NCBI GenBank assembly: GCA_045863195.1
Contig: BTUI01000009.1
Coordinates: 51,951 to 115,950, forward strand
Length of the DNA stretch: 64,000 nucleotides
Direction of reading: 5' to 3'
Origin: Chloroflexota bacterium
GTDB taxonomy: Bacteria > Chloroflexota > Dehalococcoidia > UBA2979
This document shows, in pieces, positions 38,597 through 48,568 of this stretch (within the stretch, counting starts at the first letter, position 1; the number at the start of each line of letters is the position of its first letter). The position numbers and the translations under genes are program-made. The notes under the pieces were generated by a model. It did not search any database. It was given only the letters and a program-made list of their open reading frames with translations, and was not told where the DNA came from.

Positions 38597-40080
38597 GGCG
38601 CGCGGCTCCCGAGGACGGCCTCGACGTACGCGGCGGGCGACGCGATCGCCGCCCCGGCCTCCACCGCCATCTCCACCAGTGGCGCGCCGACGATCCCCAT
38701 GCCGGCGCTCACCAGCGCGAGCGCCGCGCCCGGCAGCAGGAAGCGCCGCGCGGGCTGCTGCCACGTCTCGCCCTCCGGGGCGACCTTCCAGAACGCCTCG
38801 GTCCAGATCTTCACCATCGAGAGCAGCGTCAGCAGGCTCACCGCTAGCGAGACGCCGACGAGGAGCCACGCCTCCGACTCCACGCCGGCGCGCGCCAGCG
38901 TGAACTTCGCGATGAACCCGGCGAACGGCGGGATGCCGGCCAGCGCGAAGGCCGCGACGAGGAACACCGCCGCCGTTGGCGCGTCCTGCCGGTAGAGGCC
39001 ACCGAGGCGCCTCAACTGCCCTGTCCCTGCGCCGCGCTCGATGAACCCGGCCACCAGGAAGAGCGCGGTCTTCGTGATCATGTGCTGCATCATGTAGAAC
39101 GTCGCGCCGGCCAGCGCGAGCGGCGTCGTCAGGCCGATGCCCATCAGCATGTAGCCCACCTGGCTTGAGATGTGGAACGAGAGCAGCCGCCGCAGTTCGT
39201 ACTGCGCGAGCGCGCCCAGCACACCCACCACCATGGTGAGCCCGGCGATGACGAGCACGGCGGTGCGGACCGCCTCGTCGCCCGGGAAGAGCAACGTCAC
39301 CGTCCGCGCGACCGCGTATACGCCGACCTTCGTGAGCAAGCCGGAGAACAGCGCCGACACGTCCGTGCCGGGGGTGTGGTAGGAGGCCGGCAGCCACGCG
39401 GCGAACGGGAACGCCGCCGACTTCGTGATGAACGCGCCGAGGAGCAACAGCGCCAGCGCCAGCACCAGGGCGCGGTTCTCCACCAGCGCGAGGCGCTCGG
39501 ACAGGTCGGCGAAGTTCAGCGTCCCGGCGAGCGCGTACGCGAGGCCGGCGCCGACGAGGAAGGTGGCGGACGCGATCAGGTTCAGCGTCACGTACACCGC
39601 TGCCCCGCGCGCCTGCCTCGGTGCGTGGCCGACCGAGAGCAGGACGAAGGAGGCGATCAGCATCACCTCGAACGCCACATAGAGGTTGAACAGGTCGCCG
39701 GTCAGGAACGCCGCCGCCACCGCCGCGAGCAGGACGTTCGTGAAGACGAAGTAGCCGTGGCCCGACCGTTCGGCCTCCACGTGCATGGCGGCGAATGCGA
39801 GGGAGGCGAGGCCGGCGACGGCGCCCGCGAGCAGGACGAGCGCGGCGAACTGGTCGGCGACGAGCGAGATGCCGAACGGGGCGGGCCAGTCGCCGGCCTG
39901 CAGGACCAGCGTGCCGTGCGTGTTCACCTGCCGCAGGAGCATGACCGCGGCGAGCGTCTGCACGACCGCCCCTGCCAGCCCGGCCGCCACCTGCACGCGG
40001 TGGCGCGACATGAACGGGATCGCCGCCGCCGCGGCCACCAGCGGCCCGCCGAGGGCGAGGAGCAGCCATGTCCCGGTCAT
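38593..40080 (-). CDS. mrpD: Na+/H+ antiporter subunit D (NuoN/ND2-like)
   Basis: 495 aa, 14 TM, complex-I antiporter-like subunit. Confidence 0.85.
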   Translation of the reverse strand: MTGTWLLLALGGPLVAAAAAIPFMSRHRVQVAAGLAGAVVQTLAAVMLLRQVNTHGTLVLQAGDWPAPFGISLVADQFAALVLLAGAVAGLASLAFAAMHVEAERSGHGYFVFTNVLLAAVAAAFLTGDLFNLYVAFEVMLIASFVLLSVGHAPRQARGAAVYVTLNLIASATFLVGAGLAYALAGTLNFADLSERLALVENRALVLALALLLLGAFITKSAAFPFAAWLPASYHTPGTDVSALFSGLLTKVGVYAVARTVTLLFPGDEAVRTAVLVIAGLTMVVGVLGALAQYELRRLLSFHISSQVGYMLMGIGLTTPLALAGATFYMMQHMITKTALFLVAGFIERGAGTGQLRRLGGLYRQDAPTAAVFLVAAFALAGIPPFAGFIAKFTLARAGVESEAWLLVGVSLAVSLLTLLSMVKIWTEAFWKVAPEGETWQQPARRFLLPGAALALVSAGMGIVGAPLVEMAVEAGAAIASPAAYVEAVLGSRAP

Positions 40081-40433
40081 CGCGCGGCCTCCTCGGTGTC
40101 CGGGATCGCATCCACGTCGTCCGAGCCGGTGAGGCGGTACACGCGGTAGGAGAGCGTGATGAAGAACGCGAGCAGGCCGAAGCCGATCACGATCGCAGTC
40201 AGAATCAGCGCCTGCGGGACCGGATCGGCGGCGTCAGACGGCGGGATCACCTCGCCGGCCCGCACCAGCGGCGCGGGGCCGTCGCCGAGGCCGGCGGCGA
40301 CGAAGATGAACAGGTTCGCGGCGTTCGAGAGCAGCGCGAGGCCGATGATCGCCTGCCCGCGCGAGCGCTGCAGCAGGAGATAGATCGCGCACCCGAACAG
40401 CAGGCCAATGACCGGGGCGAAGAGCGCTTCCAT
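40077..40433 (-). CDS. mrpC: Na+/H+ antiporter subunit C (NuoK-like)
   Basis: [21 protein letters not shown]..; 118 aa. Confidence 0.8.
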   Translation of the reverse strand: MEALFAPVIGLLFGCAIYLLLQRSRGQAIIGLALLSNAANLFIFVAAGLGDGPAPLVRAGEVIPPSDAADPVPQALILTAIVIGFGLLAFFITLSYRVYRLTGSDDVDAIPDTEEAAR

Positions 40434-43135
40434 CAGCGCTCCTCCAGCAACGCCGTGGCCAGCGCACTCGCCACGCCCAGCACCACCAGCAGCACGCCGA
40501 GGTCGAAGATCACTGGCGTCCCCAGTTTCGCCTCGGTCCCGCCGAGGGTGGCGTACCACCAGGTGCCGGTGAAGATCGGGTCGCCGGACAGCATCGGGAT
40601 CAGCGCGCTCAGGAGGGCGATCAGCAGGCCCGCGCCGATCAGCGTTGCTGGGGAGACGCGCAGCAGGCGTCGGGCGGTCGCTGCGTCGTACGCGATCGCG
40701 TACAGCGCGATGCCGGCAGCGGCGACAAGGCCGGCGACGAAGCCGCCGCCCGGGTAGTCATGGCCTCGCCAGAACAGGAACAGCGAGAACAGCAGCAGAA
40801 CCGGGAGCGTCGCGCGGACCGCCGCCCGCAGGACGCCAGCCGAGGAGGTCGCGTCCCAGGTGGACGCGGACGGCCGCCCGGCCAGCCGCAGCAGCGCGAG
40901 GATGCCGAGCGCGGCGACGGCCAGCACCGTGATCTCGCCCATCGTGTCCAGCGCTCGGAAGTCCACGAGGATCGTGTTCACCACGTTCCGCCCCTTCGCC
41001 TCCGGGTAGGCGGCCGCATCGAAGAACTCGTGCAGCACCGGCGGCGCGGGCGTGACGCCGGCGGCGAGCGCGATCGTGGTCATTCCCACGCCGCCCGCGG
41101 CCGCGATCAGCACCGTCGCCCGCTGGCGGCGTGAACTCGTGGAGGGCGGGCGCAGCGGCAGGAACCGGAACGCGAAGATGAACAGGACCACCGTTAGCGT
41201 TTCCACCAGCACCTGCGTCATCGCCAGGTCGGGCGCGCCGAAGCGCATGAACGTCCACGTCATCCCGAACCCGGCCGCGCCCAGCGCCGCCACCGCCCGC
41301 AGACGCGAGGTAGAGGTGGCCGCCGCCAGCGCGCCGAGCGCGATCACCAGCGCTCCCGCCGCCGCCATCAGGTCGAATTCGGGCGTTAGCGAGACGTCGG
41401 CCAGCGCGGCGACGCCGAGGACGGCGAGCGGCACCGTCACGAGCAGCATCGTGGTCGCGATGTGCCCGGGGAGTGAGTCGTGTTGCACCGTCGCGGTCAG
41501 GCGGGCCGCGCCGGCGGCGAGGCCGTCGAGGATGCCGCCCGTCACCGCCTCGGAGCGGACGGGCAGCCACGGCAGGCGTCCCGCCTCGCGGTGGCGGAGC
41601 GCGAGGATCGCGCCGCCGGCGATGGCGACGGCGCTCATCGCCAGCACCCGGTCGAGGCCGGCCCACAGGTAGAGCGACACCTTCGCCGGCGCGCCGAACG
41701 CGGCCGACACCGCCGGCGCGATCGCGTCGCCCAGCCAGCCCGTGGCGAGCGGCCCGGCGGCGAGGCCCGCGACCGCGAGGAGTGCGGGTGGCCCCCACAG
41801 CGCGAGGGGGCCCTCGTGCGGGTGCTTCGGCGTCTCCGTGGGGCGGCCGAGGAACGGCGCGACGCCTGCGACGTAGGCGGCCACGAGGGTCAGCGCGCCC
41901 GCGACCACGACCGCCGCGACCGGCAGCCACGAGGCGGGCTGCGCGAAGCCCGCTGCCAGCGCCGTCTCCTTCGCGAGGAAGCCGATCGCCGGCGGCAGGC
42001 CCGCCATGGAGAACGCGGCCAGCCCGGCGGCGATGCCGAGGCGAGGCATGCTCACGAACAGCCCGCCGAGGGCGAGGCGGTCGCGCGTCCCCGTCTCGTG
42101 GTCGATCGCCCCGGCGACCATGAACAGCGCCGCCTTGTAGCAGGCGTGGGCGAGGATCGTGACGATGAGCGCCTTCATCGCCGCCTCGGTGCCGAGCCCG
42201 GCGAGGAAGATCATGGTGCCGAGCGCGCTGACCGTGCTGTAGGCGAGCACGCGCTTCAGGTCCGACTCGCGCACCGCGAGCACCGCGCCGAGCAACATCG
42301 TGACGCCGCCGGCGACCGGCAGGACCGCCTCCCACACCGCCACGTCACCGAGCGCGGGGTGCATCCGCGCGACCAGGTAGACGCCGAGTTTCACCATCGT
42401 CGCGGAGTGCAGGTACGCGGAGATCGGCGTCGGCGCGGCCATCGCGCCCGGGAGCCAGCCGTGGAACGGCCACTGGGCCGACTTCGTGAGCGCGCCGAGG
42501 AGCACGAGCACCGTGGCCGCCGTCACCAGTGCGGCATCCGCGCCCGCGACCGCCTCGCCGGTGATCGCGGAGAGGCGCGTCTCGCCGGTGATCCCGGTCA
42601 GCAGCACGAGGCCGCCGAGGAGCGCCAGCCCGCCCGCGCCGGTGATGAACAGCGCCTGGCGCGCCGCCTCGCGCGCCTCCTCCCGGTCGTGCGCGTAGCC
42701 GATGAGCAGGAACGAGGCGACCGAGGTCAGTTCCCAGCCGACGAACAGCAGCACGGCGTCGTCCGCGAGCACGGCGATGAGCATGCCGGCCTGGAAGAGC
42801 AGCAGCGGCGTGAACAGCCGCGCGAGGCGGGCGTCCGGGCCGAAGTAGCCCATCGCGTACCAGGCGATGAGCGCGCCGATGCCCGTGATGAGCAGCGCGA
42901 ACAGGAGCCCGAGGCCGTCCGCGCGCAGGGCCACCTCCCACCCCAGCGCTGGGACCCACGCCCGCGACCACTCCGCGACCTCGCCGTCCATCGCGCCCGG
43001 CACGAGCGAGGCGAGCCACGCGAAGGAGGCGGCGGAGAGCGCGAGCATCACCAGCGCCGATGCACGGCGCACGCCGGCCACTGCCGGGATGGCGGCGGCG
43101 GCGAGCAGCGGGGCGCAGGCGATCACGGCCAGCAT
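40433..43135 (-). CDS. mrpA: Na+/H+ antiporter subunit A with fused MrpB-like C-terminal domain (900 aa)
   Basis: NuoL-like N-terminal domain plus extra C-terminal TMs. No separate mrpB gene lies between mrpA and mrpC. Confidence 0.85.
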   Translation of the reverse strand: MLAVIACAPLLAAAAIPAVAGVRRASALVMLALSAASFAWLASLVPGAMDGEVAEWSRAWVPALGWEVALRADGLGLLFALLITGIGALIAWYAMGYFGPDARLARLFTPLLLFQAGMLIAVLADDAVLLFVGWELTSVASFLLIGYAHDREEAREAARQALFITGAGGLALLGGLVLLTGITGETRLSAITGEAVAGADAALVTAATVLVLLGALTKSAQWPFHGWLPGAMAAPTPISAYLHSATMVKLGVYLVARMHPALGDVAVWEAVLPVAGGVTMLLGAVLAVRESDLKRVLAYSTVSALGTMIFLAGLGTEAAMKALIVTILAHACYKAALFMVAGAIDHETGTRDRLALGGLFVSMPRLGIAAGLAAFSMAGLPPAIGFLAKETALAAGFAQPASWLPVAAVVVAGALTLVAAYVAGVAPFLGRPTETPKHPHEGPLALWGPPALLAVAGLAAGPLATGWLGDAIAPAVSAAFGAPAKVSLYLWAGLDRVLAMSAVAIAGGAILALRHREAGRLPWLPVRSEAVTGGILDGLAAGAARLTATVQHDSLPGHIATTMLLVTVPLAVLGVAALADVSLTPEFDLMAAAGALVIALGALAAATSTSRLRAVAALGAAGFGMTWTFMRFGAPDLAMTQVLVETLTVVLFIFAFRFLPLRPPSTSSRRQRATVLIAAAGGVGMTTIALAAGVTPAPPVLHEFFDAAAYPEAKGRNVVNTILVDFRALDTMGEITVLAVAALGILALLRLAGRPSASTWDATSSAGVLRAAVRATLPVLLLFSLFLFWRGHDYPGGGFVAGLVAAAGIALYAIAYDAATARRLLRVSPATLIGAGLLIALLSALIPMLSGDPIFTGTWWYATLGGTEAKLGTPVIFDLGVLLVVLGVASALATALLEER

Positions 43136-43338
43136 GGCGGAGGTCCCGTCAGGGGTTGGTCATGGCGTCTCGGTCAGGCCGGGGTGCCCTCGGCGGGCGG
43201 AAGCGCTGCTAGCGGCCGTCCGGCGGACGCCGCCTCCGGAACGCGCCAAGCCGTGATCGGCGGCGCTGCGCTCGGGTGGTGGTGAGCCTGATCTCCACGT
43301 GTCCAACATACACGATCCCGGCCCGCGTCCCGGACGCA

Positions 43339-43364
43339 GACGGGGCGCCCGAAGGCGCCCCGTC
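43339..43364 (-). terminator. perfect 11-bp GC hairpin (GACGGGGCGCC-cgaa-GGCGCCCCGTC) 25 nt downstream of the sucD stop
   Basis: Seen directly in the sequence. No clean U tract. Confidence 0.4.
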
Positions 43365-43391
43365 GTCTCATCGAACTCACCGCCGCGCCGG

Positions 43392-44273
43392 TTACGCGAG
43401 GCCGCGCTCCTTCAGGACGCGCTGCATCGTGCTGCCGATGTCGCCGGGGTTCTGCACCACCGCCGCGCCGGCGGCGCGGAGCGCCTCCTGCTTCGCGGCG
43501 GCCGTCCCGGCCGCGCCGGCGATGATCGCGCCGGCGTGGCCCATCCGGCGGCCCGGAGGCGCCGTCGCGCCGGCGATGAACGCCACCACCGGCTTCGACA
43601 TCGTCTTGATGAACTCGGCGGCCTCCTGCTCGGCCGTGCCGCCGATCTCACCGATCAGCACCACCGCCGCCGTGTCCGGGTCCGCCTCGAACATCTCCAG
43701 CGCCTGGCGCTGAGAGGTGCCGATGATCGGGTCGCCGCCCACGCCCACCGAGCCCGACTGGCCGATGCCGAGGCGGGTCAACTGGTCCACCGTCTCGTAC
43801 ACCAGCGTGCCGGAGCGCGAGATCACGCCCACGTTGCCCGGCAGGTACACGTCCACCGGCATGATGCCGGCGCGGGAGTTGTGCATCGGCGAGATCACGC
43901 CGGGGCAGTTCGGGCCAATGAGGACGGACTTGCTGCCCGTCATCGCCCGCTTCACGCGCATCATGTCCAGGACCGGGACGCCCTCCGTGATGCAGATGAT
44001 CACGGGGACCTCCGCGTCCACGGCTTCGAGGATCGCGTCCGCCGCGCCCGGCGCGGGGACGAAGATCAGCGACACGTTGGCGCCGAACTCCTGCACCGCC
44101 TCGCGGACGGTGTTGCGGATCGGGAAGCCCTCGATCTCCTGGCCACCGCGGCCCGGGGTGACGCCGCACACCACCTGCGTGCCGTAGGCGCGGCTCGTCT
44201 TCGCCTCGCGCTGCCCGGCGGCGCCGAAGCCCTGGATGACCACGCGGCTGTTGCTGTCCATCAGGACGGCCAT
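43392..44273 (-). CDS. sucD: succinate--CoA ligase [ADP-forming] subunit alpha
   Basis: [16 protein letters not shown]..; GxxGHAGA phosphohistidine loop ([10 protein letters not shown]). Confidence 0.95.
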   Translation of the reverse strand: MAVLMDSNSRVVIQGFGAAGQREAKTSRAYGTQVVCGVTPGRGGQEIEGFPIRNTVREAVQEFGANVSLIFVPAPGAADAILEAVDAEVPVIICITEGVPVLDMMRVKRAMTGSKSVLIGPNCPGVISPMHNSRAGIMPVDVYLPGNVGVISRSGTLVYETVDQLTRLGIGQSGSVGVGGDPIIGTSQRQALEMFEADPDTAAVVLIGEIGGTAEQEAAEFIKTMSKPVVAFIAGATAPPGRRMGHAGAIIAGAAGTAAAKQEALRAAGAAVVQNPGDIGSTMQRVLKERGLA

Positions 44274-44305
44274 GGCTGCTTGCCTTTCTTCCGGTGTCGC
44301 CCGGG

Positions 44306-45469
44306 CTATTTCGCGGCCGCGACCGCCTTCGTGGCGGCCTCCGCGAACCCGTCCGCGCGGATGAGGTCGTTGATGCCGGACTCGTCGAGGATCTTCAGGC
44401 CCAGGTCCACGTTCGTGCCGGCCAGCCGCACCACCGTCGGCTGCGTCACGTGGCCGCCCTTGATCGCCTGCACCACGCCCTCCGCGATGATGTCGGTGCG
44501 CGCCAGGCCGCCGAAGATGTTGACCAGCACGGCCTTCACATCCGGGTCGGAGCCGATGATCCGCAGCGCGGCCACGACCGCCTCCGGGTTGTTCGCGGTG
44601 CCGATGTCCAGGAAGTTCGCCGGGTTGCCGCCCGCGAACTTGATCGCGTCCATCGTCGCCATCGCCAGGCCGGCGCCGTTCACCAGGCAGCCGATGTTGC
44701 CGTCCAGCTTCACGTAGTTCTGGATGCCGGCGTCGTGCGCCTCGAGCTCCTTCTCCGCCTCCTGCGAGCGGTCGCGGAGGGCGGCGAGCGCCTTTTGGCG
44801 GTAGTCCGCGTTGTCGTCGATGGAGAACTTGGCGTCGGCGGCCAGGATGCGGCCGTCCTTCGTCACCACCACCGGGTTGATCTCCACGATCGACCCGTCG
44901 CTCTCCAGGAACGCGCGGGCGACGCTGCCGATCAGCGCCGTGGCCGCCGCGAGGTGGTCGCCGCCGAGGCCCACGGCGTACGCGAGCTGCCGGCCCTGGA
45001 ACGGCTGGAAGCCGCACGCGGGGTCGATCCAGGTCTTGTGGATCGCCTCCGGCGTCTTCGCCGCGACCTCTTCGATGTCCATGCCGCCCTGCGCGGAAGC
45101 GATCAGCACCGGCTTGCCGGGGGAGTTGTCGATGGCGGCGGAGAGGTAGATCTCCCGCTCGATCTCGATCGCCTCTTCGACGAGGACAGAGTGGACCGGG
45201 AGGCCCTGCGGGCCGGTCTGGTGGGTGACCAGGGTCATGCCGATGATGGCGGCGGCGTGCGCCTTCGCCTCCTCCGGGGTGGCGGCCACCTTCACGCCGC
45301 CGGCCTTGCCGCGCGCGCCGGTGTGGGCCTGAGCCTTGATGACCACGCGGCCGCCCAGTTCGCGGGCGATCGCCTCCGCCTCCTCCGGGGTCGTCGCGAC
45401 GCGCCCCTTCGGCACCGGCACGCCGAAGCGGGCCAGCAGCTCCTTCGCCTGGTACTCGTGCAGTTTCAT
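44306..45469 (-). CDS. sucC: succinate--CoA ligase [ADP-forming] subunit beta
   Basis: [12 protein letters not shown].. ATP-grasp fold; 387 aa. Confidence 0.95.
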   Translation of the reverse strand: MKLHEYQAKELLARFGVPVPKGRVATTPEEAEAIARELGGRVVIKAQAHTGARGKAGGVKVAATPEEAKAHAAAIIGMTLVTHQTGPQGLPVHSVLVEEAIEIEREIYLSAAIDNSPGKPVLIASAQGGMDIEEVAAKTPEAIHKTWIDPACGFQPFQGRQLAYAVGLGGDHLAAATALIGSVARAFLESDGSIVEINPVVVTKDGRILAADAKFSIDDNADYRQKALAALRDRSQEAEKELEAHDAGIQNYVKLDGNIGCLVNGAGLAMATMDAIKFAGGNPANFLDIGTANNPEAVVAALRIIGSDPDVKAVLVNIFGGLARTDIIAEGVVQAIKGGHVTQPTVVRLAGTNVDLGLKILDESGINDLIRADGFAEAATKAVAAAK

Positions 45470-45593
45470 GACGCCTCGATCCCCTCGGGGTGCGTGTTCG
45501 CTCGGTCGCTCGGACGTGGAAGGGGCCGCCGATGGCGGCCCGGGCGATGGTACTACGGCGCAGGTTGGGGGCTAGGCGGGAGGGGCCGCGCCG

Positions 45594-46427
45594 CTACCGG
45601 GCTTTCTCAAAGACATGAAGGCTGCGCCCGAGTGGCGAGTCCTCGAGGAACCAGATGACCTCCTCGCCCTCGACGGTTCGAACGACCGCCTTAGCGAACA
45701 GTTCGTTGAACAACCCGCGAATCCGAAGCGCCGTGTCTTGGGCTCCGCTCCTGACGGGGATCGCGTCGAATGGGACGATGAAAGTGACGACGGCGGTCGT
45801 CTCATCAATGAGATACGGTTGGCCGTCCCGGTGGTTCTGTGCAGCTTCAACACGGCTTTGCAGAGTGCCGCTGCGGAATCGTCCGGCCACGTGCCGAATC
45901 GAATATCCCCCGAACCAATCCTCGACCTGGTCAAGCACCCGCTGTTCGTAGGCTGCATCGGTCTCGCCGTCGATGCGCGGGATCAGGGTATCGAGCTGCC
46001 GTGCCCCGATCTCGCCTAGGCGCTGCCGCAAGCTGTCCGTGTAAAACAGGTCGTCGAGCGCGGCGCGCAGTTGGGCTTCCCTCGTGAGGGGCAGGAGGAA
46101 CTCGAAGATCGAGACATGGCCGTACGTTCGCGGAGCGAACGAGCCGTACGGACGTCGCTTCTGGGAGGAGTGCTCGATGAACTGCTCAACGGTGACCCGA
46201 CGAAACTCTGGCAGTACTTCAACGCTTTGGCCGTGATGTCGAAGCCAACCCTGCCAGTACTTCGTGATGTTTGTGTAGGCCGTGCCCGGCTTCCACCCTG
46301 CCGCTGCGTCGATTTCCGAGATGTCGAAAGACTGGTTGGGCGTCTTCGTCTTCAGGAATTCGAACGCCTTCTCCTGTCGTTCATGTTTCCGCAAAGCGGC
46401 CCCCAATCCACCGGATATCACGTGCAT
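45594..46427 (-). CDS. hypothetical protein, low-GC orphan (about 57% GC in a roughly 70% GC background)
   Basis: Long ORF with atypical composition (GC estimated by eye from 100-nt blocks). No family recognised. A longer start at 46484 would overlap the divergent PEBP start. Confidence 0.5.
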   Translation of the reverse strand: MHVISGGLGAALRKHERQEKAFEFLKTKTPNQSFDISEIDAAAGWKPGTAYTNITKYWQGWLRHHGQSVEVLPEFRRVTVEQFIEHSSQKRRPYGSFAPRTYGHVSIFEFLLPLTREAQLRAALDDLFYTDSLRQRLGEIGARQLDTLIPRIDGETDAAYEQRVLDQVEDWFGGYSIRHVAGRFRSGTLQSRVEAAQNHRDGQPYLIDETTAVVTFIVPFDAIPVRSGAQDTALRIRGLFNELFAKAVVRTVEGEEVIWFLEDSPLGRSLHVFEKAR

Positions 46428-46471
46428 GGTACGCGGAGGTGCGTCGACCTGGGTACCGCTATCCTCACCCC

Positions 46472-47158
46472 ATGACCCACTCACACCTCCCCCGCCGCCA
46501 CCTCATCGCCGCGCTCGCCGCGCTAGCCGCGCTAGCCGCGCTCGGGCTGCTGCTCGCTGCGTGCGGGGGCGGGACGTCCGAGGCAGACCGGGACGCCGAG
46601 GCGACGCCGAGCGCGGAGGCGACCGCCGCCGAGACGGCCGCTGCGACCGTGACCGCGACGCCGGATGCGGGCGGGGCGGGGACGCCCTCGGGCGGGCCGG
46701 GCGGGATGCCGCCGGCGCCGTTCGCGGTGACCTCCGCGGCGTTCGAGCCGGGCGGGGCGATCCCGGTGGAGTTCACCTGCGACGGCGCGGACACCAGCCT
46801 GCCGCTGGAGTTCACCCGCTTCGACGCGCGCACGCAGACCCTCGCGATCATCTTCGAGGACCCGGACGCGCCGGGCGGCACCTTCGTCCACTGGACGGCG
46901 TGGAACATCCCGCCCGGCAACATCGAGGCCGGCGCGCTGCCCGCGGGCTCCGTGGAGGGCGTGAACGACACCGGCGCGACCGGCTACGCCGGCCCCTGCC
47001 CGCCGGAGGGCCAGTCCCACCGCTACATCGTCACCGCGTACGAGGTCGACACCACGATCGCCCTCGGCGAGTTCGCGATCGTCGACGAACTGCGCGCGGC
47101 GCTGGAGGGCCACATCGTCTCCGAGGCGCGGTACGAGGGCGTCTACCCGGCGCGATAG
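46472..47158 (+). CDS. PEBP-family (YbhB/YbcL) lipoprotein
   Basis: Signal peptide plus lipobox LLLAAC; ..DPDAPGGTFVHW..GPCPP..HRY.. PEBP motifs. Confidence 0.8.
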   Translation: MTHSHLPRRHLIAALAALAALAALGLLLAACGGGTSEADRDAEATPSAEATAAETAAATVTATPDAGGAGTPSGGPGGMPPAPFAVTSAAFEPGGAIPVEFTCDGADTSLPLEFTRFDARTQTLAIIFEDPDAPGGTFVHWTAWNIPPGNIEAGALPAGSVEGVNDTGATGYAGPCPPEGQSHRYIVTAYEVDTTIALGEFAIVDELRAALEGHIVSEARYEGVYPAR

Positions 47159-47197
47159 CGGCCTCGCGGCTGCCGTGGAGCCCGCTAGACTCCGCGC

Positions 47198-47974
47198 ATG
47201 ACCCACACCCGTCGCCTCCTCTTCGCATCCCTCGCCGCGCTCGGCGTGCTGCTCGCCGCCTGTGGCGGGGGCGAGGACGCCGAGGGCATCACCGCCGAGG
47301 AGAACCTGGCGATCCGCAATACCATCGACGTGACCGCGTGGGCGCTGATGCTCGTGCTCCCGGACGCGGCGACGGTGGAGGCGCACACGGGCATCGCGCC
47401 CGCGGCGTTCCACGTCCTGGAGTACGACGCCGGCGGACGCCTGCTCGCCGCCGCCGTGGACATCGAGGGCGTGCCAGTCGCCACGTTCGACCTCCACCTG
47501 GCCGCCGGCGCCGCCGCAGAGCGGGCGGAGGGGGCCATGACGCTCGGCCGGTTCAGCGTCGCCACCACCGTGCACGCCGGCGAGATGCCGGAGGCGGCCG
47601 CGGGCGCGCTCAACCTCGCCGCGCTCGTGAACGCGCAGCGCATCATCGACATCAACTACACGCCGCCCGCCACGCCGGCCTCGCTGGACGTGGGCCTCAA
47701 CCTCCTCGACGCGTTCGAGGCGGCCGGGCGCGAGTGGCAGACGGCGCTCGCGGCCGGGGACGCCTCCCACGAGCCGCGCGTCCTGGGCACGTGCGAGGAG
47801 ACCCGCCAGTTCGAGCGCGGCCTCTGGATGTTCATCGCGCGGCCGTGCCTGGAGTACGGGCGCGGCGATGCCCTCCTCTCCGCCGGCGACACCGAGGCCG
47901 CCCTGGTCGCCGTCCGGGAGGCGGTGGAGCGCACCGTGGCGGTCAGCGCCTCGATGCGCGCGGCCCTCGACTAG
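47198..47974 (+). CDS. hypothetical lipoprotein
   Basis: MTHTRRLLFASLAALGVLLAACGGG lipobox. Its signal peptide is almost identical to that of the PEBP gene. Confidence 0.55.
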   Translation: MTHTRRLLFASLAALGVLLAACGGGEDAEGITAEENLAIRNTIDVTAWALMLVLPDAATVEAHTGIAPAAFHVLEYDAGGRLLAAAVDIEGVPVATFDLHLAAGAAAERAEGAMTLGRFSVATTVHAGEMPEAAAGALNLAALVNAQRIIDINYTPPATPASLDVGLNLLDAFEAAGREWQTALAAGDASHEPRVLGTCEETRQFERGLWMFIARPCLEYGRGDALLSAGDTEAALVAVREAVERTVAVSASMRAALD

Positions 47975-48052
47975 GCGGACGTCACCTGCGACCCCGCCGC
48001 CGGGCGCCCCTCGGTCGCCCGTAGGCGGCGAGGCGTGTCACACTGCCGCCCT

Positions 48053-48568
48053 ATGGCGCGCATCGTGGTCGTTGGCGACACCCATGTCCGGTACTGGGAT
48101 GAGATCCCGGAGGCGCTCCGCGCGGCCATGCGCGAGGCGGACATCGCCGTGCACTGCGGCGACTGGGTCGGCATCGACGCCGTCGAAGGCTTCCTCCGCG
48201 AGCACCCCGGGGGCGTGGCCGTCCACGGCAACTCCGACCCGGTGGAGGTGCGCCAGCGGCTGCCGTACCGCGCGCTCTTCGAGGTAGATGGCGTGCGCAT
48301 CGGCGTGACGCACCCCGCGTGGGGGCGGGAAGAACCGCCACCGCCGGCGCTCTTCGGGGACTTCCCGGAGGTGGAGGAGGGCACCGTGGACATCATCTGC
48401 TACGGCCACATCCACGTGCCGATGAACGAGGTGCACCAGGGGGTGCGCTTTGTGAACGGCGGGCAGGGGTACCCCTCGTTCCGCGTCCCCGGTACCTACG
48501 CGCTGATCGAGACCGCCCCCGGCGGCCACTTCACCGTCTCGATCGAGGAGTTCGCGCCCGCCCGCTAG
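48053..48568 (+). CDS. metallophosphoesterase (YfcE/MJ0936-like)
   Basis: VVVGDTHV..; GDWV; ..CYGHIH.. Confidence 0.75.
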   Translation: MARIVVVGDTHVRYWDEIPEALRAAMREADIAVHCGDWVGIDAVEGFLREHPGGVAVHGNSDPVEVRQRLPYRALFEVDGVRIGVTHPAWGREEPPPPALFGDFPEVEEGTVDIICYGHIHVPMNEVHQGVRFVNGGQGYPSFRVPGTYALIETAPGGHFTVSIEEFAPAR

